64,000 bases of DNA from Lophium mytilinum (GCA_010093605.1 MU004196.1:1138606-1202605), one strand, 5' to 3'; counted from the stretch's first letter, positions 37,174 through 50,628 are shown. Numbers and translations: made by a program. Notes: generated by a model not told the origin, from the sequence alone.

Positions 37174-37823
37174 GATCCTGGAAGCATTAATGAATGGAAT
37201 TTGTAAGATTCAAAGAGGCTCACAAGAATGACGGATGATCAGTCTTTAGCTTTTCGTTGCTTGAAATCCTTGCGGAGTTGCCCAGGCTCAGCTTTGACCT
37301 CAAGACGTTGGAATAGTGATATTATAAGTGGTGCCGATCTGGGTAAGAAACTTCGACATATCCGACGGTGTTGAGATAAGGCATTGAAGCGCTGCGAGCC
37401 CCATTAGTTTACTACGACGTCTGCCTGGTTCCAATCAGTGGTAGGGTGGAAACAGGTTCAGCTAAGCAAGGGTCAAGAGCATGCACCGCCATAAGTGTGG
37501 CGTTGCGGCCCCCATTTCTCGTCACGCGCCAGCATTGGAAAGCCTGGCGTGTCGACACAGTGGAAGCTTCGCATCCTTTTGACTAACTGAAAACTTCCTG
37601 GCTGGGGTACTCCTGACGGTGGCATCGACCAGGCAAGGTGAGAACGTGGGCTTCTCTATTTAGCACTGCAATATTTCTGATGATGCTTGAGTACCTTGAG
37701 TAGCAAGAAGTAAGTAATCAAAAATCAGACGTACAATTGTACGTTCGAGCATATTGTATACTGTTGTATTTTTGAGAGCCTCCTGAGGTACCCTAAACCT
37801 CGCCTATTCAGCTAGACTTCCCC

Positions 37824-38626
37824 CTAGACTTCGAATTGCGTGATATCTGCAATCTTATGCGCCGCTTCACAAGCCACACGTTCTTCGTCTACATGCTCAT
37901 GATAGTCGCAAAGCTCCATCTTGTTGACTGCCGTGCCGTGTAGTAGCCGACCCATTTCCTGCATGACTCCGTAAAGATACGCATGAGGTAGATGTGCGCT
38001 CAACCGATCGTCGCCATCAGTATCCCATTTAATAGGATAATACCGCCTGGCAAATAAGTCGATATAGAATCTGCACAGAGGTGAGTTAGGTAGCAGAGAC
38101 TCGAATGCTTCGATGACCTCCACATTAGAATGCAGGTCAAACATGTCATCTCGATTGTATCTTTGAAAGATTACATCTAGGACGTCCTTCCGGAAGTTGG
38201 GGATCTGGTAACGATCGGCGAATATGTATAGTTTGACGAGCGGATATCGGCCTTCATCTTCATTGCAAGTGCAAGGCTGAGGCGGGTATATTGAGCTGCG
38301 TTCTCCACTTCCACAATCCTCAGGAAGTTTCTTCGAGTAGAGCCAATCCATGAAGAAGCCGAAAGTCCTCTCCTCGACTTCGTCCAAGGTCAACTCTTTC
38401 TTTTCTGCCTCTTTGAAGGATCCTGTGAATGCGGCTCGGAAGTACTCCGAGTAGTGAACGAGGAGGCCCATATGAGCATGGTAGGCCTTGCCTTCAGGGC
38501 CAACAAAGACGGTGGCTAAGTCCTGGGCCAAAACGCTAGAGGAATCAGCTTAGTTGCCACCACTTCGTGCGAGTCAACATACGAGAAGGACGGTGGGTCT
38601 TTCTTTAGCCTTCCGAGGGCCGCCAT
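37824..38626 (-). CDS. BTB/POZ domain protein (tandem copy B), 2 exons
   Basis: Exon 1 MAALGRLKKDPPSF, intron 38582-38536, then ATVFVG..HMGLLVHYSEYFRAAFTGSFKEA..FMDWLY; LYIFADRYQIP; CDYHEH. Confidence 0.9.
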
Positions 38627-39279
38627 TCTGCCGTTGTTGAATCGCGAAGATGGCCCACGAACTGGTAGAATGAGGGCAACGAGCAGCAGTGTGCGTTCGA
38701 AGAGGCTGTAATGCTGCTGAGGAGGACCGCGAAGGTAGCGCCAGGACTTGCGAGCCTCTCGGTGAAAAAGTGTGTTCTTCGAGACGAAAACAGGACTGGG
38801 CGTGAAGACGATGATAGAGGCAGTAAGGTCGCGCAGGGTTGCTCCGTCGCGAATAAGGGCCGCGAGGCCACTGACACCGCTAATCACGCACGCGGTGGTG
38901 GAGAAGGTAGCCTCCGCGTTGGTTGTTGGTTGAGTGATGTAAGGAAGAGGCAGCGGGCAGAGGAACCTTAAGTCGTTAATCCGCCAAGATAAGCCAGTGA
39001 AGTGAGGTGAGGTGAAGCGGTGACAACGTAATAGAAGCTTATAGATAGCCCTTGGTCGTGTGATCGTCCACCCGTAGACAAGATTGTCACAACTTCCGCT
39101 TTTGCTGACAAGAACGCTTTTTGTCCAAAGTAGCAAGAAAGATACCATAATTAACTAAATGGGAGCTATTAACTCTTCATACATCTCATGCCGGTCCCCA
39201 ATATCCAGGAGTCTACAATCCAGCTTGCACTCACAACAATTCACATCTCATCTTGATTTTCGATGAGGTGCTGCACACG

Positions 39280-39621
39280 GCTCCAACTTACCCACCCAAT
39301 ACCACTGTTGGGGGTGGCCTGACTGCTGACCAGGCAGTTAGTTAAGAGGCAGTCTGGTCTGCACTGCCTGAAGCTTGACATCGCTCTGGAGTCTTCGAAA
39401 CCCTGTAGGGGTACCCCAAGCAGTGGCGTACCAGTGCGCCTAGACTTGTAGCCTGTTACAGTAGCACCCCAACTTTCCCACGCAATACCACTGTTGGGGG
39501 TGGCCTGGCTGCTGAGCAGGCAATTAGTCAAGAGGTAGTCTCATATACACTGCTTGAAGCTTGACATCACCCTTGAGTCTTCGAAACCCTGTGGGGATAC
39601 CCCAAGCAGTGGCGCACCAGT
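39280..39621 (-). mobile_element. Two head-to-tail truncated copies of the 214-bp MITE
   Basis: 39280-39461 and ~39469-39621 (period ~186 bp) match the reverse complement of the 29.1-kb element. The first copy keeps one TIR (..GACTTGTAGCCTGTTACAG) followed by TA. Confidence 0.85.
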
Positions 39622-40348
39622 CCTTCGCCTATTTGAAGCTATTGATAAATGCAGCCGGATGTGCCACGGTTTACAGGAAAAGCAGACTGCCGCCCTTTTT
39701 GCTGTGCTATAGTCAAAAAGGGATAATGTATGTACCTACAATGCCTTGTCGCATACCTGTATACACTTGTCTGCCGCCGTCTGAAGTGCGTCGACATACT
39801 TTCCCCAATTGGAAAATGATGCAAGCTCAGTACTTTGGACTTTCGAAGAGCTTGCCGGGGTACCTCAAACAGCGGTATACACAAATCTTTTCGTAGAAGA
39901 TCAAGCTCAAGGTGGCAAGCATCACCATATATAAATCGATTAGAAAGGGAGATTTTGCTTCTTTATACCTACCAAATGCTGGGCCGAAAGAAAAGAGTAT
40001 GCTGTTTTGGAAGGACGGCAAGATATGGAAAGAGCAATAGAAGCATCCCGCAAGAGATCTCTCCTACCGTTCTACCTCCCTGAAAACACCCATTCTTGTT
40101 CGGAGATAGTTACCCAGAGAGAGAAGCCTGGCTGGCATCTGGGCATTGACGGCTTGGTGATTTTCTCGCCATGTATGCCGCGAAAGAGATAAAAATGAGA
40201 TGAGTAGATAGGGCTAGAAGAAGAAATTTTCGTGGTCGAGGATCAAGTGATACAACCCCAGTCCCCTCTGCCATATCTCCACTAACCGGGAGTCTTGCCG
40301 GAAAATCTGCCGTCTGAGAGATGTGGCGCGCTGTTCAAGCATCGGTAT

Positions 40349-41146
40349 CTAGCGGTCGATGTCGGCGACTCCATGGCTCTGCTCGCATTGCTTGCGCTCT
40401 TTGTCATCCGCGTGCTCATGGTAGTCGCAAAGCTTCAGCTTCAGTGTAGAGCGCTGGTTCTGATTGATAGCCTTTGTGTTATCCGCTATCTTGATCAGAG
40501 CTTCGATGAGAAACTCATTTTGTAGGCAGGACGGATTCTTGTTCATTTTCTTTGCACGGGTAATATAGTAAGGGGTAAACCTTCTGGCAAAGATGTCCAG
40601 CATGAACTTGCGCATTGGGGATGTTTCCGGCAGAAACTCATATGCTCTAGCGATGGCACCAGGCGATGGCAGTAATTCGAGACTGGTGGTAAGGCTCTGG
40701 AAGATATGATCAATGACATACTTCCGGAGCTTCGGTATTTGATATTTGTCGCCTAGAATATAGAGTTCGATGATGCCGCGGTATTGAAGCCGGCCGGTCT
40801 CGGGATCCTTGTCTTCCTCCGTGGGGGAGATCTCACGATAATAGAGCCAGTCGACAAAGCGGTCAAAGGTTGACTTTTTGACATCTGAGAGGCTGATTTT
40901 CTTGTCTTCCGCCTCTTTGAAAGAGCCCGTAAAGGCGGCCCGAAAGTATTCGGAGTAGTGTATCAGCAGGTCGAGGTGGATGATGTAGGCTTTCTCAGTC
41001 TTGCCAACTAGGATAGTAACCACGGTCTGCTTCATCGTCCTGGGCCCTCATTAGATTCTGTCAATAGCCTGGAAACGCGGACTAGGGCCCACGTACCGAA
41101 AAGAGGGACGATCAGTGTTTTTCCGCATTGTCGCTCCGCCCGTCAT
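40349..41146 (-). CDS. BTB/POZ domain protein (tandem copy C), 2 exons
   Basis: Exon 1 MTGGATMRKNTDRPSF, intron 41096-41040, then VVTILVG..HLDLLIHYSEYFRAAFTGSFKEA..FVDWLY; LYILGDKYQIP; CDYHEH. Confidence 0.9.
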
Positions 41147-42040
41147 TGTTGCTTGGATTGCGGCACAAGCATCAACGAAAGTGCTTGAAGAAAGCAGGTT
41201 ACGCAGGCCTGAAGAGTGAGCTCTACGCCGATCGCTTTAGCAAAACAAGGAAGTGGAAGGAGGAAGCTAGCTCACGCAAAGGACTCCAGTCGGAAGTGAA
41301 GGAGGTGAAGTCGTCTGCGATCGAGATGGTAATCGATGAAGTGGCTTTAGCTCAAAATATTGGGAAACAAGGTATGTGAGATTGTACTCTTGCTTGCCAC
41401 TGTTTGACTTGCCTTAACACGCTTTTGGGAGCCAGAACCGGCTGGAATTCGATCGCTCTGAGCAATGGGTAAGCTTGCTAAGCCACCTCAGACCGCGGCG
41501 AACAATTGCGCACAGCTGGAGTTGTGGGCCGTCATTCCTGATTTCCTAAGATTTTGTTGAAACGACAAGCAGCGTTGGAAGAGTATACGCAACATTTTGA
41601 CCAGTCAAAGCGAAGGCATCCACATCAAGAATCCACGGCGGCATGCCGACTGAGTTCATATCGTTGTTCCGTTCGTCTTTTATCTACTCATGTCTCTCTG
41701 ATAGTATGCTCGAGGAAAATAAACCAAAATATACAAGCTAGCCCATACTCCGCAAGTCCAACATACACAGTAAATGTGAGACGCCAAACTCGAACAAGAA
41801 TCCAATCTCAAGGAAAGATGGCAGCAGCAGGGCTTCAGAAAAACTATAAACACAATGAAGAAAGAAGTATGCAATGGAAAATCGAGCTCACAGGATCGTA
41901 CGCTTATTCGAAAAGAGATAATACAAGAACCCATCTTCATCATTAAAAGTCGTAGCTTTAGTCGTTATTATGTTGCTGCATCGTCAAACTCCCCTCAATT
42001 TTCGTCAATCTGTCAAGCCTCCGTGACTGAACAGGATCAC

Positions 42041-44906
42041 TCAGGCCAAAACCCATCTCAACAGCAGCACATCAACAACCACAACGGCGACAACAATCAA
42101 GAACACGACAGTTTGGTGGAACCACCCGAGCCTCTCATGCCTCGTGCGCATGCTAGCAACTGCTACAATCAAGAGCAGCAAGTTCGCAATCGTTCCGAAT
42201 AAGATTCCGGCGTCTATGACACCTCTCTCTTTACGTCGGCCTGTAACGATCAGTGTCCCAAGGATGACGTCGATGACTACCGATGCGACAAGGCAAGTGG
42301 CATAGAGGCGGAGCTTCGTCATATCCCGATCGTGCTGGCGCGCCTCGATCAACTCCATGAGCGTATGTATCTCGTGAGCCGATTGGCTTCGCCTGATCTC
42401 GGAGTGTTGCCTCCTGGGGACAGGGCGCGAGCCAAACAAACTGCTAAAGAACCCCTGGCTATTGTTGGAGTCTTGCGATGCAGTCGGGCTTTGTCCTGTC
42501 TGAGTCGCACGGACAGCCTCGTCAACACTCGATTCATCGTCATCACCATCACTGGTCGGCGATATCGGAGAATGTGGCTGAAGTAAAGGACTCTCCTCAG
42601 GACGCTTGCCCAACCGGAACAGACGCTGAGTCTTGTGTGCCCACTTCAAAAGAGTGTCTTGGCCAGGGAAGTTGACAGACGAGTTTGGATCGATGTAGAT
42701 GAAGTACGCTTCATCTTCAGAGCCGTCTTCAGGATGATCGTATTCGTTCCAATAGCTTTGTCGATCTTGCGTTTGATCAGATGGTTCTTTAGGTATGACC
42801 GTCCCGTAAGATCTTCGCTTATTCTTGAAAGAACTCAAAGTAGGGGTTTCGAGGTATTCTGGGCCAGAAGTTGCTGATGACTCCAAATTGTGGATCGTAC
42901 TAGGGCTCGTCTGTCCATCTGTGGCTGATGTTGTCGATCTTGATGTGGGCTGTGATGCGGAAGGAGCAGATAAGCCCACGGTTGCAGCTGATCTGGGTTG
43001 TTTTTTGACGGCATCTGGAAGTTTCCGAATATCAGTTGCTAGAGTAGGGATCCAAAGCGGTGGGGACAGGGCATTCGATTTAGAGCAAGCCCAAACTGCG
43101 TGAACCTCGAGAGAGAATCCGCGCACGCGTTCAGTCTGTTGTTTGTCAGTGGAAGTATGAAGGTGGTAGTTAAGAGACTTACCAGGTGGGCACGATCCAA
43201 AGCTTTGATTATCTCCGCGGATTGTGTACCCTCTCTTCGAACCTCCAGAACGGCATGCGGAAAGCTGTGTGACTCTGTACGTGCTTTCTGTAGCCAATCG
43301 CTGTCTGTCAGCTCGCCCGGAACATACTTCTTCATGCTGATCTTTCTATCAAGAGTAGCCCATAGGCCACCAAATGTGTTGTTTCCCAGACCAATAAAGC
43401 GCGTCCGCTTCGACGTGACTTCAGCGAGGGGTGCTACCTCTTTGTGAGCAGTCAACCATTCCCGAACACTCTCAATGGCCTTAGCAGCAGCATCCACATC
43501 TTGTCCACCATTTTCAGATGAAGCGGACGAGTACGAGGGCCGACGGGAAGTAAAGGGGGTCGCGGTGTCCAAGAAAGCGTCAACGTATTTGCGTTTTAGC
43601 TTCGCCAATTTCGAGTCGGGCGCGCCTTTCTTCGAATCTAGGCCCACCATTGCGACAGCTTCTCCACTAGACGTCCAACGAACATTGCCAGCAGCTTTTG
43701 TCAGATATCTCCCCGTGACTTCTTCACTGTCACTGATTGGACTGGCATTTTGCTTCTTAGCGAAGTTCTCCGGATTGTCTAGGACGATTATGCCGATATC
43801 GTCTTCCTTGCCAAAGTTTCCGGTACTGTCGGTTTTGAAAGACGAGTTTCGACGAAGAGGTGTCGGGTTTGCAGAGCTCTGGGCCGTGCTTTTAGCTTTC
43901 CCGGAACTGTAGAGCCGCATGTACTGCAATAGGAGAACCTGAACTTCTACAATATGATCGGGATGTATCCAGTAGGTTGCCTTATTTCCTCCGGCACCGA
44001 TGGGGACCGTGGCCAGGGTGGTGTCGTATCCAACCTCCGAGCTCTCCTCGATGGCATTGAATATCTGGGAAGCGGTTGAGGACGAGATGGATCCTCGTGG
44101 GCTCACAGAGGCAGAAAGGGCGGTCAGAGTATTTGGCGGAACGATGTGAGACTTTGAATAAGCTGAAACTTCGAAAGGAGCCCTGACAGAGTGAAGAACA
44201 TCTGTGTATAGATCGAGAAGGTATCCCAGGTCCAGTTGGCAGAAACTATCCGGCTTGTCTGTGACCTCGGCCCTGAATCGCAGCCCCAACTCCGAGCTTC
44301 GTGTCCATTTCTTGTATTTCTTCAATAGCTTCGTGAAGGCAGTTCGTTGGGCAGCCCTGTATCGTGAGAGGGATCGGACTTCCTCGCCAGCTCTATAAAA
44401 TGTGAGTAGGCACCACTTTTGGGAGCGGCGGACGTACTTGGAAACGTCAGCATCAAACTTGGCATATCGCTCCACCAGCCTTGCAGGTAATCGAGTATCT
44501 TGGGATATGGGATGGCGTGATTGAAGCTCGATGATGCGTTTGTTGATATGTTCTGCTAGTTGTCAGCAATTGACTCCCTGCAGACATAGCAGGATGACTG
44601 ACCCAACCGCCTTTCGATCTCGCCGCTTTTGCTCTTGATGAAAAGATTTATACGGTCATGCTGCTCCAACAGCAACGAAAACAGCTCGTCCTCGAACTCT
44701 TGGGCGTTCTCATCGCTCTGACCAGGTATAGCAACCGCCTTCCCGTTCCCTGGGGTTGTGTGCTCTTTGATTAGGTGTTTGATGTCATCGTAGTCGACGT
44801 TGTCTGTTCAGAATAGGTCAGCTGGAAGTCCGCGGAAGTGCGGGAGTGACATACGATGTCCCCATTGCGGTATCGAACGCTGCCTGAGCGTTTCGCCGTA
44901 TTTCAT
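42041..44906 (-). CDS. SPX-domain protein with VTC-like central region and C-terminal TM helices
   Basis: N-terminal MKYGETLRQRSIPQWGHHNVDYDDIKHLIK; INLFIKSKSGEIERRL; AFTKLLKKYKK SPX motifs; KATYWIHPDH and FPHAVLEVR VTC-like motifs; three hydrophobic C-terminal segments; three introns. Confidence 0.82.
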
Positions 44907-47900
44907 ATCCCGATAAGATAGAGAGCTGAATCGGCACCGCCGTCTGTATTGTGGTTCTGGAAGGGTTCGAGTTGTGGACTTGGTGTGTTGTTGTCGCGTG
45001 CGGTCTGGACAAAGAGCTTCGGTGCTCGCGATTGACGCTGGTAAATAGCTTCCAGATAAGGCCGCAACAGGTCAATTGGCTGTGCAAGGAAGCTTCTCTG
45101 TCTTGGTGAAATGGAGGTGTGACACAGCGGTTCAATGCAGCGTCAGGGAACCGTGGAGTGGAGAGTTAACGGGTGCAGCTGTGGTTTTGGTCTAGACTGT
45201 GACGCAACGACGGAAGCAGGTTCTAAGGTACCAAGAGTCTCTCCCGCCGCTAAAATTGGCAGTGGGCTGAGGAATACAGGACTTCTTCTAGCGAATTCAA
45301 GGAATGAGACAGCGACTGGCGCCTGTAAACGGTATTGCTGGGGAATTGGACAAGTGAATAGGAGCTGGAGGGAGAGCGAGTGGACATGGCTGACCGCGGC
45401 GATATCATGGGCACGAAGGCGGCTGCGATCTCCACTCTGCAGCGCGCTGACAGGGATTCTTTTTGGAGGCATTTTGTAACGAGGCCGGTGCATGCCGCTA
45501 TCAAACCAGCCACTCTGCAGCTCTTGCGCCGCTTCGTCTGGTACAGACATCGACGTAACGCGGCCCCTCTTCCGACCCCGATAGTAGCGCTATTTACCCC
45601 TCCGTCGAAAGGCAGCGGTGCCAACATCCTCAAGGCGAGAATCCGGGAGGGCGTACGACTGAGGACAGCTTCAAAACCTCATATTTTGTTTTCACTTGCC
45701 TGTCAGCCTCAGAACGCCAATCAACGCCTGCTAGCCGGGTCGGAGATAGAGCCTATCTCGAGGCTCCGTCCAGGTGTTGAAAATTCCTGCACACCACGTT
45801 GGCCACCGTGCATCAGCTTCCCAAAATCCAGAGCCTGTAAAATTTCTGCCCCATCACTCCGCATCCGCATCTGCACCTGCAGGTGTCTTTATTGCCGGAC
45901 GGTACGTTATGTAACCTTGCTGACGACTCGCCGGATTGGCTTTGACGGACGGTTGCATGTTCGCGGTGCTACTTCTCCTGAATGCGCGGAGCTGTGGTGA
46001 TTGACTGCCCACATGCACTCAGGCTGCTGTCACAAATACGAATCTATCATCTTAAGAAGCTTTCTCGTTCCTTCAAACACTCAACCTCATCGAATCTGAG
46101 TCCAGTATGAACGCGTATTAGCGGCCAACCTTAACTTTGACTGCCTCGCATAGCTCTGCAAAGGGATCCTACCATTAGCTTCAAGGGACCCCGTAACACC
46201 CTTCTTATCTAGGTCTGCTGCTTCAGATCGTGTGCCATCCTACTTAATCGAGAATTCGAGATGAGTATTCAGTGCCGAAGGAATTCTCTCGTAATCGCTT
46301 CTGAGTACCTTCTTCTCCGCCTGCTATCTCTGACAACACCCGCTGTCACTCAATCTATTCACGCCCTTTGCTTTTCTCCACTATGCAAAGCAGATCACTC
46401 CATCTTTGGACTCACTTCACAACACGATATCACGGCAAATCCCTGGTGTTGAACTGGGATAACAGACCTTGTCGGCAGTTTGCTCGACCAAGCGAGCGCG
46501 TCCCGCAGGGGAAAATGATTGCGATACGCCAATTCAGTCAAGGGCCCTGACATGCCCACAAAACTGCAAGTGCCTCCCCTGACGCCAACCGTTCAATAAC
46601 AGATGATCAGTGACCCACGTGTTCGAATGCAGTCGTTGTATTGGCTCCAGTTCCGACCTCGCAGAACTGTCACGATGAGGCTGTTCGTGCTGTCGTACAA
46701 CTCCTATCTTTCGTTTCACTGAATTTCTTTCGTGTTCTGCTCGCGTGCCCAACTGCTGTTATCGGCAGTGGTCGCATTGAAGAATACAGCCAATCAAACG
46801 GGTTCTCCATCACACTCCGAAGCTAGGAGCTGAGTTCTGGATTTCCTTCTAGCACCTTCACATGCTCACGCTGATCCACCAACCCCGCCTTTCAACTCCC
46901 GCCAAGCTAATGCTTCATTCGTAACACCAAACACCTGTGCAGCATCGCAGCATTTTCTGGCGCCATTTTATCAACATCCTCACCATATCACGCCTATTCT
47001 CACGTCACCTCGACCTCTGGTTTCACGTGGCGGTTGCAGAGTTTCCACCCGGCGCTCTGTTTCCCCGGATGCCTGCTCTATGACGTGGTTCTCGGAAACT
47101 ATGGCGAGGAATTGCACAACGAATCTGCTATCCTCGTGTAGTCGAAACATGCAGCTGGCCAAAACGGAACGAACCGCTGCAGACTGCATCCATGCTCGGC
47201 CTGCATCACGCTGAGCAACTGGCCATCGGGAGGCTTGGTGTGCATCTACGCCAAACGGCTGTTCGAGACCACAATTGGTGTCCTAGCATCGGAGGTCCTC
47301 CTCGGAGCGGCTGCAGACGGGGAGGCGGGCTTATCTCCTCATGATGGGATTTCATCACCGATAAGTTCGCATCGCTGATCACTTCGCTAAGTTCTCGTCT
47401 GAGCTATGGCGATTGAAGCAGATGGCATTCTCACCCTCCATCTTTCAGCATCCTATCCGCGGAAGCCCATGACCTCGGCTTATGTGACACGAGTCTAGTC
47501 AGTGCAGCCGCTTCCACAGCAGAGGAATTCCACGGAGAAGATGATATGTGCCCTGCATGAACTCATGGCGATAGTGAATTCGCTTAGTGTTCGCTAAGTG
47601 AAGATTCTCAAGATACTCGGTTCGAAATAATGGGCCAAGTGCTGTGTCCTCCATTACCTGTAGATCTAACAGAGAGATGGAGAGAGTGTAATCATTCGCG
47701 TACCAACGCCTTTCTATACGGGTCTCTGTTGACCAATAAAGAGTTTTTTGTGATTGTGGAAGAGATCTTAACCCGAGAAAGATAGTCAGACCAATAGATG
47801 CACTGACCCGAGCAACCCGTACTGCCAATACAATTAACAAGACGCTACACAATCATGAGTCGGAATGATGATCTCGTCGTCTATTGGCACACCGTATCCC

Positions 47901-47977
47901 CAATAATGTTTTCTCAACGCCACCCAATCCCATCCCGCTCCTATTCCACGAACACAACCCACCAAACGTAGACACTC

Positions 47978-48848
47978 TCAAGTAAGTTTCTGCTTGATGA
48001 AGAAAGCCCTCAAGTGCGATAGCTGCCACGCGCACGTAATTCCCAGTATAACCAACTGCATAAGCGTCCACCGCACCACCCTCGCATTCGTCGACTCAGA
48101 CTGGTCGCGGAATTCCGCCTCTCGCTCCTGCAAAAGCACTGTCGTTAGCATCCATCCCAACCCATCAATTCCATAGAAAGCACAATCAAAACATACCCGT
48201 TGATGCACCTGCTCCTTCCGAATATCCTGCAGCCTGCCCTTCAAATCCCTAACCTTCTGCGTCAAATCATCAATCTTGCCCTTATCCGTGCTCTCAATCC
48301 GGCTCGTCTCGCCAATCACCAGGTCGAGGTGGAACTTGATGCCGCCCGCGGGCTGCCCGCCCGTGAGCCAGCCGCCTTGGGACACGGCGCCCGTGGGCGT
48401 GAAGCACACGCGGTGCTCGCCCGAGTCGGCGGCGGAGAAGGTGAAGCGGCCCTTGGCGGCGCCGCGCTGCGAGACGACGCGGTGGTCGTTGTCGAAGACT
48501 TCTTCGACTGTGATGAAGACGCCGAGGTCGGGGGTTGCGCGGTAGCTGCGGGTGTTTTCGTCCCATTGCTCGGCGTTGAAGTGGCCTGGGAGTGGGTGTC
48601 AGCGGGGGGAAGAAGTGGAGGTGTGAAGCGTATGTTATGCATTGAAGTGCAATGAAGAGTATAGGAAGCGTTTTGTAGGATTACTGACCGACTACGAGAG
48701 TGTCCCTGGGCAGCTCCTCAAAAAAGCATTTTTGGACGGGGCCATCGATGAAGAAGTACAGGGCTTGCGATGGTAGGACTAGAAGAGCGGCGATAAAGAG
48801 GGAGAAGAGCGTCCGTAGACCGGATGTCGATTGTGGAGTCCACGCCAT
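47978..48848 (-). CDS. p24/emp24/gp25L family cargo receptor (p24-alpha, Erp1-like), 3 exons
   Basis: Signal peptide, ALYFFIDGPVQKCFFEELP GOLD domain, GRFTFSAADSGEHRVCF, REAEFRDQSESTNARV, TM helix and FFIKQKLT tail. Confidence 0.9.
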
Positions 48849-49622
48849 GGTTGCGTCGAGGGCTGCCGTCGAGGGATGGGGAACACGAATATCGTGAAGT
48901 CGAGATCTGGCGCGTTCCCTATCGAGCTAGACTAAAACTAAGTATTATGCACGTGACTCTTTAATGTCAACGCAACCTTAAGCTAACTACATTCCTGTTT
49001 TCTACACACTCGTATTAGCTCTTGGATTCACGGAATATGGTAACATAGAATAGCCGCGCCTTCAGTAGAGAATCGTCAGCTGCTTCAAACTTCAACAACA
49101 CCCCTGTTCCTCTCCGGAGCATATTCTAACGTTCCCCGGATCTTCTCGTCCACAACGTCTCCTGAATCGAGTCATGATTGTACAGATTCAAGTTCGAGGT
49201 CCAAATCTATTCGTACAAGTAAACAGCTTTCCTTGAACCCCGCAGCGGGGATTAAAACTTAGCTCAAACCAACCTAAGTATCGTAATAGCTCTCTTACCA
49301 CGAAGCTTTTCTTATCGTCGCAAAGAGCTATTATCACCTTCTCACATATCGTTGAATTCAAGTCATCTATTTTACATCCTGTGCAATTCCCCATGATCAT
49401 AATCGAGGACAATTTTACGTCTTAAACACTTCTCGGCGCCCTAAACTCATACATCTCGGAGCCTAGAAGAGTTTACCGGGCCAGCTTGCCGGAGCTATCT
49501 AGAGTGACCGAGGGACTTTCCAACCCTCCTCAACGATATATACCTTTCTCAATTATCTACTATAGCGCCCCTCCACCATCCCGACTCCAAAAACCCCAAA
49601 TCCTCACAACCCCACCGCCGCC

Positions 49623-50628
49623 ATGACAACCTTCACAATAGACCCCGAAACCCTAACCACCCTCCACCACAAAACCATCCTCATAACCGGCGGTACCTCC
49701 GGCATCGGCCTCGCCACCGCCCACCTCCTCTCCCAACTCTCCCCAACCAACAACCTCGCCCTCCTCGACCTACACCCCCCTCCCGCCACCTTCACCCACC
49801 CCCCCTACCACCTCCTCTACCACCGCACCAACGTCACCTCCTGGCCCTCCCTCCGCGCCGGCTTCGCCGCCACCTTCACCAAATTCGCCCGCATCGACCT
49901 CGTCTTCGCCAACGCCGGCGTCGCCGAGTTCGCCCACCAGTTCTTCGCCGATACCCTCGACAGCTCCGGCCAGCTCGCGGCGCCGGACCATCGCACGCTG
50001 GCGATCTGCTTGGATGGGGTCGCTGACACGGTAAAGCTGGGTATTCATTACCTGCGGAAGAATGGGGGAGAGGGCGGCGCGGTGGTGCTGACGAGCAGTC
50101 TGGCGGGGTATCTGGCGAGTGCGGGCGCGCCGCTTTATAGCGCGGCGAAGCATGGTAGGTGATTGCCGCACTCGACGCCCCTCGTGAGGAGAGTGTGGTT
50201 GGAAAATGGGGTGCTGATGCGTGGGGATAGGTGTCGTCGGCCTCATGCGCGCCCTCAAGCAAGAAACCGCAAAACTCCACATCTCCATCGCGGTCGTCGC
50301 GCCCGCGATCACCGTGACGCCGATCCTGTCGACGGGGTACCGCGAGGCGGGCAGCGATCCGGCGGACTACGCGGCGGCGATGGCGGAGAAGGGTGTGCCG
50401 ATTAATAAGGTTGAGAGTATTGCGCTGGCGGCGTGTTGGCTGTTCCACGAGGGCATGGCGGCGAACGGGGCGGGGATCTTCGTGCAGGCGGATCGGATGG
50501 TTGATTTTGAGCGGGGGTTGGCGAAGAGTCGGGAGGTGTGGATGGGGAGAGAAATGTTAGATTTGTTTCGCGGTGGGAGGGGGGCGCCGTTGTTTCAGCG
50601 GCTGGAGGGGGAGAAGTCGAGTTTGTGA
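49623..50628 (+). CDS. Short-chain dehydrogenase/reductase (15-hydroxyprostaglandin-DH-like subfamily), 2 exons
   Basis: TGGTSGIG, ANAG, catalytic S and YSAAK motifs; intron 50155-50230 joins KHG-VVGLMRAL. Confidence 0.9.

Noticed and set aside
45000..47900. Telomerase RNA or spliceosomal snRNA gene
   Set aside because: No TAACCCTAA-type template on either strand and no U1/U2/U6 signature sequences were found by eye.
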